DNA of 64,000 nucleotides from an uncultured SAR86 cluster bacterium (GTDB taxonomy: Bacteria > Pseudomonadota > Gammaproteobacteria > Magnimaribacterales > AG-339-G14), in NCBI GenBank assembly GCA_902514645.1, contig CABXRO010000002.1, positions 11,530-75,529 of the forward strand, read 5' to 3'. Position numbers and translations under genes: made by a program. Positions 28,462-38,475 of this stretch are shown piece by piece. Within the stretch, counting starts at the first letter, position 1. Each line of letters opens with the position of its first letter. Below the pieces are notes generated by a model, which saw only the letters and a program-made list of their open reading frames with translations, ran no database searches and had not been told where the DNA came from.

Positions 28462-29316
28462 ATGGTATTTGACTACTTAAAGGGTATCAATTTAGAAAGA
28501 TACAAAAGTTTCCTGAATGAGAAAAATCTTAAATTTTCTATTTCCGGTGCACTTTTATTAGTATTTTCTTTAGAGTTCTCTTCAATATTACTCGGATTGA
28601 TTTTCAATAATCAACTGAACTCAAACAACTTTAACAATGCTTTGGTAACTAATGATGTTCCAAGGGTAATAGACAATCCTTTTTCATCTGAAGTGCAACT
28701 CGATAGCCTTGCCATCTATGAAAGTCTTGTGAAAGCTCCTGAAACTTCTTTATCTTTAAAGCTCTATGGCGTTACTTCTTCCGATGAAGTTAAATCTGCA
28801 ATAATTGGCTTCAATCAAAACGATCAGAAAACCTATCTCGTGGGAGATATGATTTCCGATAACGTTTACTTGGATTCAATTAACAAAGATTTTGTCACCA
28901 TCAAGCGTTCCGGTATTACCGAAAGCTTATCCTTTTTTAAAGGATCAGTGATTAAAGGCATGGAGAGAGTTGCCGAAGGTAATTCTTCAATCAATATTTT
29001 AGTAAAGCAAAAACCTTCTATCAGCAAAGAGTGGATTGAAAATCAGGAAATCGCAAAGTTAATAACTTTTGCACCTGTTTTTGATGACGGAACTTTTTCC
29101 GGCCTTGAAATCAGCCCCGGAGAAAGCACTGCGCTTTTTGATTCATCGGAATTAAGACCGGGCGACATTGTGAAGTCGATAAATGGCCTTTCCGTTGCTG
29201 AAATTGATCTCTCAGATCAAGAATCCATAAATACCTTTTTCTCTGATTTGGCATCGTTAAATCTCGATTTAGTCAGAGACGATCAAGTTGTATCAGTCGA
29301 TATAAACATTAACTAA
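28462..29316 (+). CDS. gspC: Type II secretion system protein GspC (TM + HR + PDZ)
   Basis: First gene of the gsp operon. It has an N-terminal TM helix and a C-terminal PDZ-like segment (LRPGDIVKSINGLSVAEI). Confidence 0.7.
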   Translation: MVFDYLKGINLERYKSFLNEKNLKFSISGALLLVFSLEFSSILLGLIFNNQLNSNNFNNALVTNDVPRVIDNPFSSEVQLDSLAIYESLVKAPETSLSLKLYGVTSSDEVKSAIIGFNQNDQKTYLVGDMISDNVYLDSINKDFVTIKRSGITESLSFFKGSVIKGMERVAEGNSSINILVKQKPSISKEWIENQEIAKLITFAPVFDDGTFSGLEISPGESTALFDSSELRPGDIVKSINGLSVAEIDLSDQESINTFFSDLASLNLDLVRDDQVVSVDININ

Positions 29317-29329
29317 ACCAAATAAAATT

Positions 29330-31246
29330 ATGATTTATTCAATTTATAAGAATTGTTGCGCCTATGCGCTTATTTTTGGACTCTCATCAAACTTATGGTC
29401 GGTGACCATAAATATGCGAGATGCTGACATTAAATCGTTTGTCTCTGATATTTCATCTTTAACAGGCAAGACTTTTGTTGTTGATCCAAGAATAAAAGCA
29501 AATGTGACAGTTATCTCAAGAGATGACCTAACCATTGAAGAAGCTTATGAGATTTTTCTTTCTGTTTTAAGCGTTCATGGTTTTACTGCAGTAGAGCAAG
29601 AAAATGCAGTAAAAATAGTCCCTGCCTCCATAGGAAGGCAAAGTTTTACTGAAGTCTCAAAACTCGTTTCGCCAGAGGATGCTTTGGTTTCTACCATCAT
29701 CAGACCCAGCCAAACTTCAGCGAACGCTTTAATTCCTTTAATCAGACCCCTCATAAATTCGCAAGGACACATTGCTGTTTATACCCCAAGTAATAGCCTC
29801 ATTGTTACTGATCGAAACGCAAATATTAAACGAATTAGACAATTGGTTGAAGAAATGGATAAAAACCCAGCTGATGTCTACGATATTGTAAAACTTAAAA
29901 ATTCTTCATCTACTCAAATAGCTAAATTGATTGATAAAGTTTTTTCTGAAAATTCGGGCGGTATGGCACCAAACGATTTTAATGCTTATGCAATAGAACG
30001 CAGCAACAGTATTTTATTATTTGGTGACCAAGAAATAGTTGAACGAATGAAGGCGGTTGTTATAAAACTTGATGTTAAAGATCAAGGATCGAGCTCGCTT
30101 AAAGTAGTCTATTTAAAATATGCTGATGCCAATGCTTTAGTCGAAATTCTAAATAAGATGACTCCTAATATTGATGAGAAAAGCTCCAACAAAGGTAAAA
30201 CGTCGATTACTGCTCATGAGGAGACAAATTCTTTGATCATCTCAGCTGAGCCTGACGTAATGACTTCATTGACAGGAATTATTCAACAACTTGATATCAG
30301 AAGGGCTCAAGTCTTGGTTGAAGCCATTATTGTTGAGATATCGGACCAGTTATCAAAGGATTTAGGGTTTCAAATTTTATTCAGTGGCGAAGGTTCAAAT
30401 ACTCCTATAGTTTCTCAGAGATTTGGGAATCCAACTCCAGATCTCTCTGCAATCGCTGGAGGTCTTACGCCTGGCGGAAGCACTACAGCTGTGCTATCTA
30501 CTTTGTTAAGTTTAGATGGCTTTGCTACTGGAGTAGGTAAATATAGAAAAGGTGGAGATAGTTTTGCAGCAATCCTAAACGTCCTTGCTAAAAATAGTGA
30601 CTCCAATGTTTTATCAACACCTTCAATATTGACCATGGATAATGAAGAATCATCAATAATTGTTGGTCAAGAAATTCCGATTACAACAGGAGAGTCATTA
30701 GGAACAAATAACTCCAATCCATTTAGAACTGTTACCCGACAGGAGATTGGGATTAAGTTGAGCGTCAAACCTCAAATTAATGACGGGAATTCAATAAAGT
30801 TAGACATTGAGCAAGAGGTTTCTTCTTTGTCGGGACCAATTTCAGCTGGGTCGTTAGAGATTGTAACTAACAAGAGAGCTATTGAGACTGTTGTCATGGT
30901 TGAAGATAACCAAACAATTGTTTTGGGTGGTCTCATAGATGACGATATTCAGGAATCAGTTAGGAAAGTCCCTTTACTGGGAGACATTCCAGTAATTGGA
31001 AAAGCTTTTCGTCAGGAACAAACCACCATTAGTAAGAAAAATCTTGTTGTATTTCTTAAACCTACAATCATTAGAACCTCTGAAGACATGAAAGCTTTAA
31101 CCAATACAAAGTATGAGTACTTGAGAGCACAAGAAATGCTGAGAAGTAAAAAAGGAAAAACTTCTCCAGACTTAGATTTATTAGAGAAAATAATCTTTGA
31201 TGCTGAGGAAGATAATAAAAGACAAATTGAAGAAGAAGAAGTCTAA
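29330..31246 (+). CDS. gspD: Type II secretion system secretin GspD
   Basis: N0-N3 repeats, secretin core (NVLSTPSILTMDNEESSIIVGQEIP) and VPLLGDIPVIGKAFR. Confidence 0.95.
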   Translation: MIYSIYKNCCAYALIFGLSSNLWSVTINMRDADIKSFVSDISSLTGKTFVVDPRIKANVTVISRDDLTIEEAYEIFLSVLSVHGFTAVEQENAVKIVPASIGRQSFTEVSKLVSPEDALVSTIIRPSQTSANALIPLIRPLINSQGHIAVYTPSNSLIVTDRNANIKRIRQLVEEMDKNPADVYDIVKLKNSSSTQIAKLIDKVFSENSGGMAPNDFNAYAIERSNSILLFGDQEIVERMKAVVIKLDVKDQGSSSLKVVYLKYADANALVEILNKMTPNIDEKSSNKGKTSITAHEETNSLIISAEPDVMTSLTGIIQQLDIRRAQVLVEAIIVEISDQLSKDLGFQILFSGEGSNTPIVSQRFGNPTPDLSAIAGGLTPGGSTTAVLSTLLSLDGFATGVGKYRKGGDSFAAILNVLAKNSDSNVLSTPSILTMDNEESSIIVGQEIPITTGESLGTNNSNPFRTVTRQEIGIKLSVKPQINDGNSIKLDIEQEVSSLSGPISAGSLEIVTNKRAIETVVMVEDNQTIVLGGLIDDDIQESVRKVPLLGDIPVIGKAFRQEQTTISKKNLVVFLKPTIIRTSEDMKALTNTKYEYLRAQEMLRSKKGKTSPDLDLLEKIIFDAEEDNKRQIEEEEV

Positions 31247-31248
31247 AA

Positions 31249-32616
31249 ATGACAGAGAAGGATTTTAGTTATAAATTCTGCAAAGACAATGAGTTACTTC
31301 CCGAAGTAAAAGAAGATTCCATATTTATCTTTCACACTGAAGATTGTGACATTAATGCAATTGCTCATATTCAAACTAAATATAAATTGCCCATTGAGAC
31401 AAAAATAATAGATTACTCTGAATTTAATAAAAAACTCTCTGAATCTTATTCTGAACAAACACAGTCTTCTGAATCTCTTGCAGAGAATATTCACGAAGAC
31501 GTAGATCTTGATTCCCTGGTACTCGATTTACCCAAAACAGAAGATTTGTTAGATGATAGTACGGATTCGCCAGTAATAAGACTCATCAATGCGATTTTAT
31601 CCGAAGCCATTAAAGATGGTGCATCAGATATTCATATCGAGCCTTATGAAGAAACTTTGTTGATTAGATTTAGAACCGATGGAATTCTCAAAGAGAAAAT
31701 AAGACCCAGCTCTCGAATAGCACCCTTATTGAATGCCCGAATAAAAATCATGTCTAACTTGGATATTGCGGAAAGAAGAATTCCCCAAGACGGAAGAATG
31801 TCTTTGAAATTGGGTGAAAAATGGGTAGACATAAGAGTTTCCACATTGCCTTCAAGTCATGGCGAAAGAATTGTTTTAAGATTACTAGACAAAGCTGATT
31901 CAAGTCTTGATCTCAAAGAATTGGGTATGACAGAGGAAATGCTAAGTAGTTACAAAAAAGAATTAAAGAACAACAGCGGTATTATTTTGGTAACCGGACC
32001 TACTGGATCTGGCAAAACTACTACTTTGTATTCAGGATTAAATTATTTAAACGATCAGACCCGAAACATTTTAACCGTTGAGGATCCGATTGAGTATGCC
32101 ATCGAGGGAGTTGGCCAAACTCAAGTAAATAATCGAGTGGGATTAACTTTTGAAAGAGGCCTTCGAGCAATTTTGAGACAAGACCCAGATATTGTTATGG
32201 TGGGGGAGATAAGAGATAAAGAAACAGCAGATATAGCCATTCAAGCAAGTCTGACAGGACACTTAGTTTTATCTACGGTTCATACCAATGATTCAGTAGG
32301 GGCAATAACCAGACTCCTTGATATGGGAGTCGAACCTTATTTAATTTCTAGTTCCTTGCGTATGGTAATTGCTCAAAGACTGGTAAGAAAAATTAATCAA
32401 AGCTCTAAAGAGCTTTCTGGAAGGATTGGTATTTTTGAGTCAATTGTCATCAACGACGAGGTTAAAGAACAAATACTTAATAAAAGCTCAGAAACAGAAA
32501 TTAAAAATATTGCTTTTAACGATAACAAAACTTTGGAACTGGATGGTCAAGAAAAAGTTAATTTGGGTTTAACAACAGAAGAAGAGCTTAGAAGAGTTCT
32601 ACAAGAGAAAAACTGA
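31249..32616 (+). CDS. gspE: Type II secretion ATPase GspE (lacks tetracysteine CM subdomain)
   Basis: Walker A VTGPTGSGKTTTLY, Asp box, Walker B DPDIVMVGEIRD and His box LVLSTVHTND. No Cys occurs after residue about 33. Confidence 0.95.
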   Translation: MTEKDFSYKFCKDNELLPEVKEDSIFIFHTEDCDINAIAHIQTKYKLPIETKIIDYSEFNKKLSESYSEQTQSSESLAENIHEDVDLDSLVLDLPKTEDLLDDSTDSPVIRLINAILSEAIKDGASDIHIEPYEETLLIRFRTDGILKEKIRPSSRIAPLLNARIKIMSNLDIAERRIPQDGRMSLKLGEKWVDIRVSTLPSSHGERIVLRLLDKADSSLDLKELGMTEEMLSSYKKELKNNSGIILVTGPTGSGKTTTLYSGLNYLNDQTRNILTVEDPIEYAIEGVGQTQVNNRVGLTFERGLRAILRQDPDIVMVGEIRDKETADIAIQASLTGHLVLSTVHTNDSVGAITRLLDMGVEPYLISSSLRMVIAQRLVRKINQSSKELSGRIGIFESIVINDEVKEQILNKSSETEIKNIAFNDNKTLELDGQEKVNLGLTTEEELRRVLQEKN

Positions 32617-32618
32617 TT

Positions 32619-33824
32619 ATGCCGAATTATTCTTATAAAGCTTTAGACCAGAGTGGAATAACTGAAAACGGAATCCTAATTGCTGAGAATTTAAAAGAAG
32701 TCCATGAGGAATTAAAAAATAGACATTTGATTCCTATAAAAATAAAAGAATCAAAAAATAGGTTTAACTTTTCTTTATTTACAAAGATATCCTCCTCAAA
32801 GTTGAGTCTCATAACACGGCAACTAGCTACTTTGATAAATGGCGGCATACCTGTAGACCAGGCTCTTGATTCAGTTGCCAAACAAATAGATTCTCCACTT
32901 ATCAAAGGTAAATTGACCAATATTGCCAATAAAGTAAAAGCTGGTTTTAAATTATCTGAGTCTTTTGAAGACCATCCGGAAAGTTTTGATCGACTTTATT
33001 GCGCTCTTGTGCGAGCTGGAGAAACTTCAGGTGATTTAGGAATGATTTTAGAAAAGACATCTGAACTTTTGGAGAGGAAGTCAAAAATATCTCAAGATGT
33101 CACTGGTGCCCTCGTATACCCATTTGTTTTATTTTCAATAGCAATCATTGTAATAATTCTGCTTTTATCATTTGTGGTGCCTGAGGTAGTGAGTCAATTT
33201 TCTTCTTTGAATAAAGAATTACCGTTCATTACTAAAACTCTTTTATTCTTATCTTCTATATTTTCCAGTTATATTTTTTACTTAGTAATAGTCTTTAGCG
33301 GATTAATCGGACTTCTTTCAATACGAATTATTGGATTTGAATTATTTCGTTTGAAGTTAGATAAATTACTTTTATCTATACCAATCGTTAAGAATTCGTT
33401 AATTGATTCTGATCTTTCTAGATTTACAAATTCTTTGAGTATCTTAAGATCGAGTAACATCTCAATAATCAATGCAATAGAGATTTCAGCGGATACGGTC
33501 TCCAATAATTTTATGCGTAAACAAATTAAAAATATTTCAAATAGAGTTGCTGAAGGCGAATCATTAGCATCAAGTTTAGAGAAAATTCCAGCCATACCAA
33601 CTCTTGTTACTCAGATGATAGAAAATGGCGAAAGATCAGGAAGACTCGAAGAAATGCTTGATAAAGTTTCTTTATATTTGGAAAATAAATTCCAAAATTC
33701 TACAAAAATTACCATGAATCTTCTCGAGCCTTTAATAGTGGTATTTCTTGGTATGTTTGTTGCTCTTATAGTTCTTGCAATCCTGTTACCATTAATTCAA
33801 TTAAACACATTAACCTTAAACTAA
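32619..33824 (+). CDS. gspF: Type II secretion inner-membrane platform protein GspF
   Basis: Duplicated GspF domain, three TM segments and the ESGRLEEML-like motif (ENGERSGRLEEMLDKV). Confidence 0.95.
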   Translation: MPNYSYKALDQSGITENGILIAENLKEVHEELKNRHLIPIKIKESKNRFNFSLFTKISSSKLSLITRQLATLINGGIPVDQALDSVAKQIDSPLIKGKLTNIANKVKAGFKLSESFEDHPESFDRLYCALVRAGETSGDLGMILEKTSELLERKSKISQDVTGALVYPFVLFSIAIIVIILLLSFVVPEVVSQFSSLNKELPFITKTLLFLSSIFSSYIFYLVIVFSGLIGLLSIRIIGFELFRLKLDKLLLSIPIVKNSLIDSDLSRFTNSLSILRSSNISIINAIEISADTVSNNFMRKQIKNISNRVAEGESLASSLEKIPAIPTLVTQMIENGERSGRLEEMLDKVSLYLENKFQNSTKITMNLLEPLIVVFLGMFVALIVLAILLPLIQLNTLTLN

Positions 33825-33828
33825 AACT

Positions 33829-34263
33829 ATGAAAAAACTTTTTATTAAAAAATTCTCGGGTTTCAGCTTGATTGAAATCTTAGTGGTTTTAATGATCATT
33901 GGTCTCTTGACTGCTGTTGTCGCTATCAATGTATTACCCAGTCAAGATAGAGCAAGGGCTGATAAAGCATTAACCGATATCAGGATTTATGAACAAGCAT
34001 TAGAACTTTATCGTTTAGATATGTTTTCCTATCCAACCAGCGATGAAGGGTTGCAAGCACTTAAACAAGTTCCTACAAATCACCGTTTTAAGGACAGATT
34101 TAGGCAAGGTGGATATATTCGTAAGCTGGAAAAAGATCCGTGGGGGAACGATTATCAATACAAAAGACCTGGAGATAATGGTCCATTTGATATTTTTTCT
34201 TATGGTGCTGATGGTCAACAGGGCGGTGAAGGTTTGGATAGAGATATTGGAAATTGGAAATGA
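33829..34263 (+). CDS. gspG: Major pseudopilin GspG
   Basis: Prepilin leader ...GFSLIEILVVLMIIGLL plus DPWGNDYQY and SYGADGQQGGEG. Confidence 0.95.
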   Translation: MKKLFIKKFSGFSLIEILVVLMIIGLLTAVVAINVLPSQDRARADKALTDIRIYEQALELYRLDMFSYPTSDEGLQALKQVPTNHRFKDRFRQGGYIRKLEKDPWGNDYQYKRPGDNGPFDIFSYGADGQQGGEGLDRDIGNWK

Positions 34264-34616
34264 TAAAAGGTTTTACGCTTATTGAGGTGCTTATTTCATT
34301 ATTTATACTGTCGTTGGTTGCCGTTACAGGGATCACTTCTCTTTCATATAGCACCAAAACCGTAAGTTCTTTAAGCGATGATTTTTATCGAACAACTTTG
34401 GCAGAAAACGTACTGATGAGATCTTATTTTGATGAAAGTTATTTGACCAATAATTTGCTATCTCAACGAGAAAATTTAATGGGTTACTCCTATGTTTGGA
34501 ATAGAAAAATATCGGTTGATCCGAATCAAAGATCTTTGAATATTGAGGTAGAAGTCACCTCCCAAGCAACTGAAAAATCAACCAAATTAGAGATTTATAA
34601 AGCAATCAATGATTAA
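34254..34616 (+). CDS. gspI: Minor pseudopilin GspI
   Basis: MEMIKG|FTLIEVLISLFILSL prepilin N-terminus. The 120-aa size fits GspI rather than GspH. It has LAENVL and a C-terminal LNIEVEVT strand pattern, and it lies directly upstream of gspJ. Confidence 0.7.
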   Translation: MEMIKGFTLIEVLISLFILSLVAVTGITSLSYSTKTVSSLSDDFYRTTLAENVLMRSYFDESYLTNNLLSQRENLMGYSYVWNRKISVDPNQRSLNIEVEVTSQATEKSTKLEIYKAIND

Positions 34617-35217
34617 TTTTAAAGGCTATACCTTAGTAGAGGTTTTAATTGTTATGTCTTTATTTTCAGTAATAAGTTTAATGTCTTTGTCTTTTTTAAA
34701 TACCTCGGTATCTTCTTCCCTCGGTATCAGTTCTAAATCAAAACTTCTAAATGAGTTGTCTCTTTTAAGCGAACTTTTAAAAGATGATTTATTTCACGTT
34801 GCCAAACAGTACCCTAGGGCTGATGAACTCAACCAGTTTCCAACTTTTTTTAAACTCGATAACGATTTTAGAGAAGGAGAGCCAATATTAGAACTAGTAA
34901 GAAATTCTGCCTCTGATGGAATAGACGATAAAGGAGCGATAAATAAAATAAATTACAAACTAAAAGGCAATGTGCTCTATAGAAATTATTCAAATTATTT
35001 AAATTCAATATATCAAGAGAAACCTTTTGCACTAGTTTCAGAAATTGAAGACATAGAAATAAAGGCCCTTTACGACAAAAATGAATATCTTATTTGGCCT
35101 CCATTTAACGCGGCAGATTTAGAAATTTATCCAACTTTACTGGAGGTGAATATCATCTTCACTGAGGGAAATTTTAAAAAAATTTTTTTTATTAGTGGGA
35201 ACGATGTTATCGGATAA
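34609..35217 (+). CDS. gspJ: Minor pseudopilin GspJ
   Basis: MINFKG|YTLVEVLIVMSLFSV prepilin N-terminus. 202 aa. Position is between gspI and gspK. Confidence 0.7.
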   Translation: MINFKGYTLVEVLIVMSLFSVISLMSLSFLNTSVSSSLGISSKSKLLNELSLLSELLKDDLFHVAKQYPRADELNQFPTFFKLDNDFREGEPILELVRNSASDGIDDKGAINKINYKLKGNVLYRNYSNYLNSIYQEKPFALVSEIEDIEIKALYDKNEYLIWPPFNAADLEIYPTLLEVNIIFTEGNFKKIFFISGNDVIG

Positions 35218-36187
35218 AAAATTAAAGGGAGCAGCTCTAGTAATGGCTCTTTTTACAACAGCCATCATTGCTTCGGTGAGCGCTGGTTTATTTTCGTTAG
35301 TATCTGTAAATCTTGAAAATAGTAAATCTTCGCTTAGTAAACAACAGGCAGTTATAACAACTTTAAGCTTGGAGTCATTTACAAAAAAATATTTAAGTAC
35401 AAAAGAAAATAGAAATAATATCGTGCTTGCTTCTAATAATTTTTCTCAAGAAAGTCCTATTAACTTGCCATTAGATCGAGGAAATTTAGAAGCTAATATC
35501 TCAGATATGGGACAGTGTTTTAATTTAAATTCTTTGATATCAGTTTCTGCTTCAGGTAATGAGACTGCGAATAAAGAGAACTTAGAATTTTTAAAAAACT
35601 TAATGAGAAGTTTTTTTATTGAAGAACAAAAAATAGAGGAAATATCTTCGGCCTTAATAGATTGGCTTGATAAAGATTTCTTTCCTGACTCTTACCTTGG
35701 TGCAGAAGATGATTTTTATCAAAATGAAAAGCCTTCTAGATTAACTTCCAATCAACTATTTTTTGATATTACAGAACTGAGAGATGTGAAGGGTATGACA
35801 GAGGAAGTTTTTCAAAAACTCAAACCTTACATTTGCGTTTTAAACAATGTTGATATAAAAATTAATGTGAATTCTCTTAATCCTTTTTATCCCAATATTT
35901 TAGTAGCTTTGAGTTCTAATTCATTGAGTGATCTTGAAGCCAGGAATATTCTCAATAATAGACCGTTAGGAGGATACGCTTCGGTATCAGATTTCTTAAA
36001 TCAGCAAGAAATTAAAAATTCATTTTCAAGTAAATTCTCTAAAAAAAATCTGATATTAGAAACTAAATATTTTATTTTAAATACCAACATTAGAATCGAC
36101 GAGAAGGATTTTCATTTTAAAAGCCATATTCTGATGCAAAATGACTCACCGAAAGTAGTTCGAAGAAAGATTGGAGAATATTTGTGA
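35195..36187 (+). CDS. gspK: Minor pseudopilin GspK
   Basis: KGAALVMALFTTAIIASV N-terminus without Glu+5, typical of GspK. 330 aa. An alternative ATG start exists at 35204. Confidence 0.7.
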   Translation: MGTMLSDKKLKGAALVMALFTTAIIASVSAGLFSLVSVNLENSKSSLSKQQAVITTLSLESFTKKYLSTKENRNNIVLASNNFSQESPINLPLDRGNLEANISDMGQCFNLNSLISVSASGNETANKENLEFLKNLMRSFFIEEQKIEEISSALIDWLDKDFFPDSYLGAEDDFYQNEKPSRLTSNQLFFDITELRDVKGMTEEVFQKLKPYICVLNNVDIKINVNSLNPFYPNILVALSSNSLSDLEARNILNNRPLGGYASVSDFLNQQEIKNSFSSKFSKKNLILETKYFILNTNIRIDEKDFHFKSHILMQNDSPKVVRRKIGEYL

Positions 36188-37317
36188 CCAATCAAAAAAT
36201 AGTTTTCTATGACGAGACTTTAAAAGTTTTGCATTCATTTGATTACGACAATAACTCAGAGAAGTCTTCTTTTAGTATGAATTCCGATGACGGAGATATC
36301 GCTATCATCATATCTAATGACTTTTCCTTTTATAAATTTGAGATACCCGATACTTCACAAAGAAACCTAAAAAAAGTAATCCCATTTTTAATCGACGAAG
36401 AAGTACTTGGAAATACAGATGACTATTTTTGGATTCATGAAAAAAAAACACAAATTGTAGGATTAATTGAACATGAAAAAATTCAAAATTTTAAAGAGAA
36501 TTTAGATTCTAGAACTAAAAAACTTATTCCTATTCAAGCTTTATCCTCATCAATAGATAATTTACTCGTCCTCTTAGACGAAAAAGCTTTCATATCTTTG
36601 CAAGGCAAATGGTTTTGGCTGGCAGATAGAAAATCAATTCTAAATACTTTGGATCTTACGTTAAAAAAGTATGAAATTTCCAAACTTAATGTTTGGACCT
36701 CTGACAAAAAAAGTAGTTTGACAAATCTTAATATAGATATTGAAGAGAAAAAATTTTCTTCATCGAAAGAATTGCTGAGTGAATTTTCTAAACTAGTAGA
36801 CGTTACTAATGCATTTAACTTTTTTACAAAAATTTATGAACAAAAAATTAATTGGTATTCGTTTTTTCTTCGTTATAAGTTTTATGGCTATTCTGCTTTA
36901 GCCTTTTTAGGAATTTTTCTTTTATCTGGCTTTATTCAATTTTCTTATCTTAATGTGTCAAATAATTTATTAAAAAATAAAATCTTGACTACCTTCCAAG
37001 AGAAGTTTCCCTCAGAAACACTAGAGTCTGATCTAATTAGTCAGGTAAACGGATTAATAAACCGAGGGCAAATAGATTATTCGGTTTTAAACGCCATTAG
37101 TGTTATTTCAGATGGAGTAAGTAATAGCGAAAATATTGTTTTAATTTCTATTTCTTTCGACCCAAATAGATTTGTTATCGAAGTTCAGACCAATTCCTAT
37201 GACCAACTTCAAGAGTATGTAGATTTAATAAATTCTATGGGTTTAGATGTAAACCTTGGAGCTTCGAGAAGAGTTAATAATTTTATTCAAGGAGAGATCA
37301 GTATCAATGCGATTTAA
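36184..37317 (+). CDS. gspL: Type II secretion protein GspL
   Basis: 377 aa with a single mid-protein TM helix (YSALAFLGIFLLSGFIQFSYL). Called on operon position. GTG start preceded by GGAG. Confidence 0.6.
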   Translation: MTNQKIVFYDETLKVLHSFDYDNNSEKSSFSMNSDDGDIAIIISNDFSFYKFEIPDTSQRNLKKVIPFLIDEEVLGNTDDYFWIHEKKTQIVGLIEHEKIQNFKENLDSRTKKLIPIQALSSSIDNLLVLLDEKAFISLQGKWFWLADRKSILNTLDLTLKKYEISKLNVWTSDKKSSLTNLNIDIEEKKFSSSKELLSEFSKLVDVTNAFNFFTKIYEQKINWYSFFLRYKFYGYSALAFLGIFLLSGFIQFSYLNVSNNLLKNKILTTFQEKFPSETLESDLISQVNGLINRGQIDYSVLNAISVISDGVSNSENIVLISISFDPNRFVIEVQTNSYDQLQEYVDLINSMGLDVNLGASRRVNNFIQGEISINAI

Positions 37318-37759
37318 TCTCAACCATCTTTCAAATCGAGAGCAAATACTAACTGCTGGATTAATACTTCTAATATTTTGTATTTCTGTCATTTTTGCGA
37401 TTTCTTGGTTTAACAATCAGAATAAAATCTTGGAAAAAGAAAATCAAAATATCATAAGCAGATTAAACTACATTGAATCAATTCCAATTTCAGTCACTTC
37501 GAATAGAAATTTCTATTCTAACAACATATCTATCTTAGTTAACTCGACTTCAAAAGATAAAAATATTCAGATAGACCGAACTCAGCCTTTGAATGAGGAT
37601 TCAATGATGGTTTGGGTAAATGAAGTAAATTTTATTGATTTGTTTAATTGGATGGTCTCGATGGGCGAGCAGGGCGGACAAATAGAAAAAATAAACATAA
37701 GAAAATCAAAAAAAGATAAAGTTAATGCTCAAATATCTATCCTTTTAAAAACAAATTGA
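37307..37759 (+). CDS. gspM: Type II secretion protein GspM
   Basis: About 150 aa with an N-terminal TM helix (ILTAGLILLIFCISVIFAISWF). Called on position. Start placed at ATG 37307 (Met18 of the track ORF). Confidence 0.6.
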   Translation: MRFNLNHLSNREQILTAGLILLIFCISVIFAISWFNNQNKILEKENQNIISRLNYIESIPISVTSNRNFYSNNISILVNSTSKDKNIQIDRTQPLNEDSMMVWVNEVNFIDLFNWMVSMGEQGGQIEKINIRKSKKDKVNAQISILLKTN

Positions 37760-38475
37760 AAAGATTTATACAAGTTATTTTTATTCTTGCAGTATTAATT
37801 TCTAGCATTACAGTTTTCAGGTTACCTTTGAATTTAATATCCTCGACACTAAACGATTTATTTCCTCAGGTAAGTTATTCTAGTATAGAAGGAACAATAT
37901 GGTCTGGTCGGATCAAAAACCTATCATTTGGGGATGAGTACTTAGGTAGTCTAAATACTAGTTTCAATTTAAAAAGTTTATCTTTACTTATAGATGACAA
38001 TGGACTTTTTTTAGAAGGTAAAATAAATCTAATTTCAACTTTACTAAGTAATCAAGTATCTCTTGAAGATGTAAATTTAAATTTAAATTCCAAAAGATTT
38101 TTAAGAAAAGTACCAGTAATTTCATCTTTCTCAGGAGAAGATATTTCGATTACTTTTGATATAAACGGTTGTTACTTTTCTGAAGGTATTGTTTACGCAT
38201 CTCTTAGGAGTACAAACAAGTTAGATAAATTGTCTAATGCAAGACTTGAAGGAGCAATTTCCTGTCAAGATAAAAAATTGCTTGGTTCATTTTCCTCTGT
38301 TCCAAATAATGACATCTTAAAAGGAACTTTTGAGTTAGATAAAGAACTAAATTATATTGTTGTTGCAAACTCCAAATCTCTTTTTTCTAGAATAAACTCT
38401 TTTTTCGAGAGTGGTTTTACTTCTAGTCCAGATGTTAAACTTAGAGGAAATTTATTCGATTTTTTTCTAAATTAG
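37756..38475 (+). CDS. gspN: Type II secretion protein GspN
   Basis: N-terminal TM helix, a GTIWSG motif typical of GspN, and last position in the gsp operon. The TTG start overlaps the gspM stop. Confidence 0.6.
   Translation: MKRFIQVIFILAVLISSITVFRLPLNLISSTLNDLFPQVSYSSIEGTIWSGRIKNLSFGDEYLGSLNTSFNLKSLSLLIDDNGLFLEGKINLISTLLSNQVSLEDVNLNLNSKRFLRKVPVISSFSGEDISITFDINGCYFSEGIVYASLRSTNKLDKLSNARLEGAISCQDKKLLGSFSSVPNNDILKGTFELDKELNYIVVANSKSLFSRINSFFESGFTSSPDVKLRGNLFDFFLN

Noticed and set aside
34015-34357. Short ORFs on both strands overlapping gspG and gspI (34015-34218, 34043-34285, 34100-34357). Antisense ORFs also occur inside gspD, gspE and gspF (29575-29772, 30415-30636, 31294-31494, 31644-31844, 32633-32929, 33278-33595).
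   Set aside because: The gsp genes carry diagnostic motifs in the annotated frames. The overlapping ORFs have no motifs or start signals.
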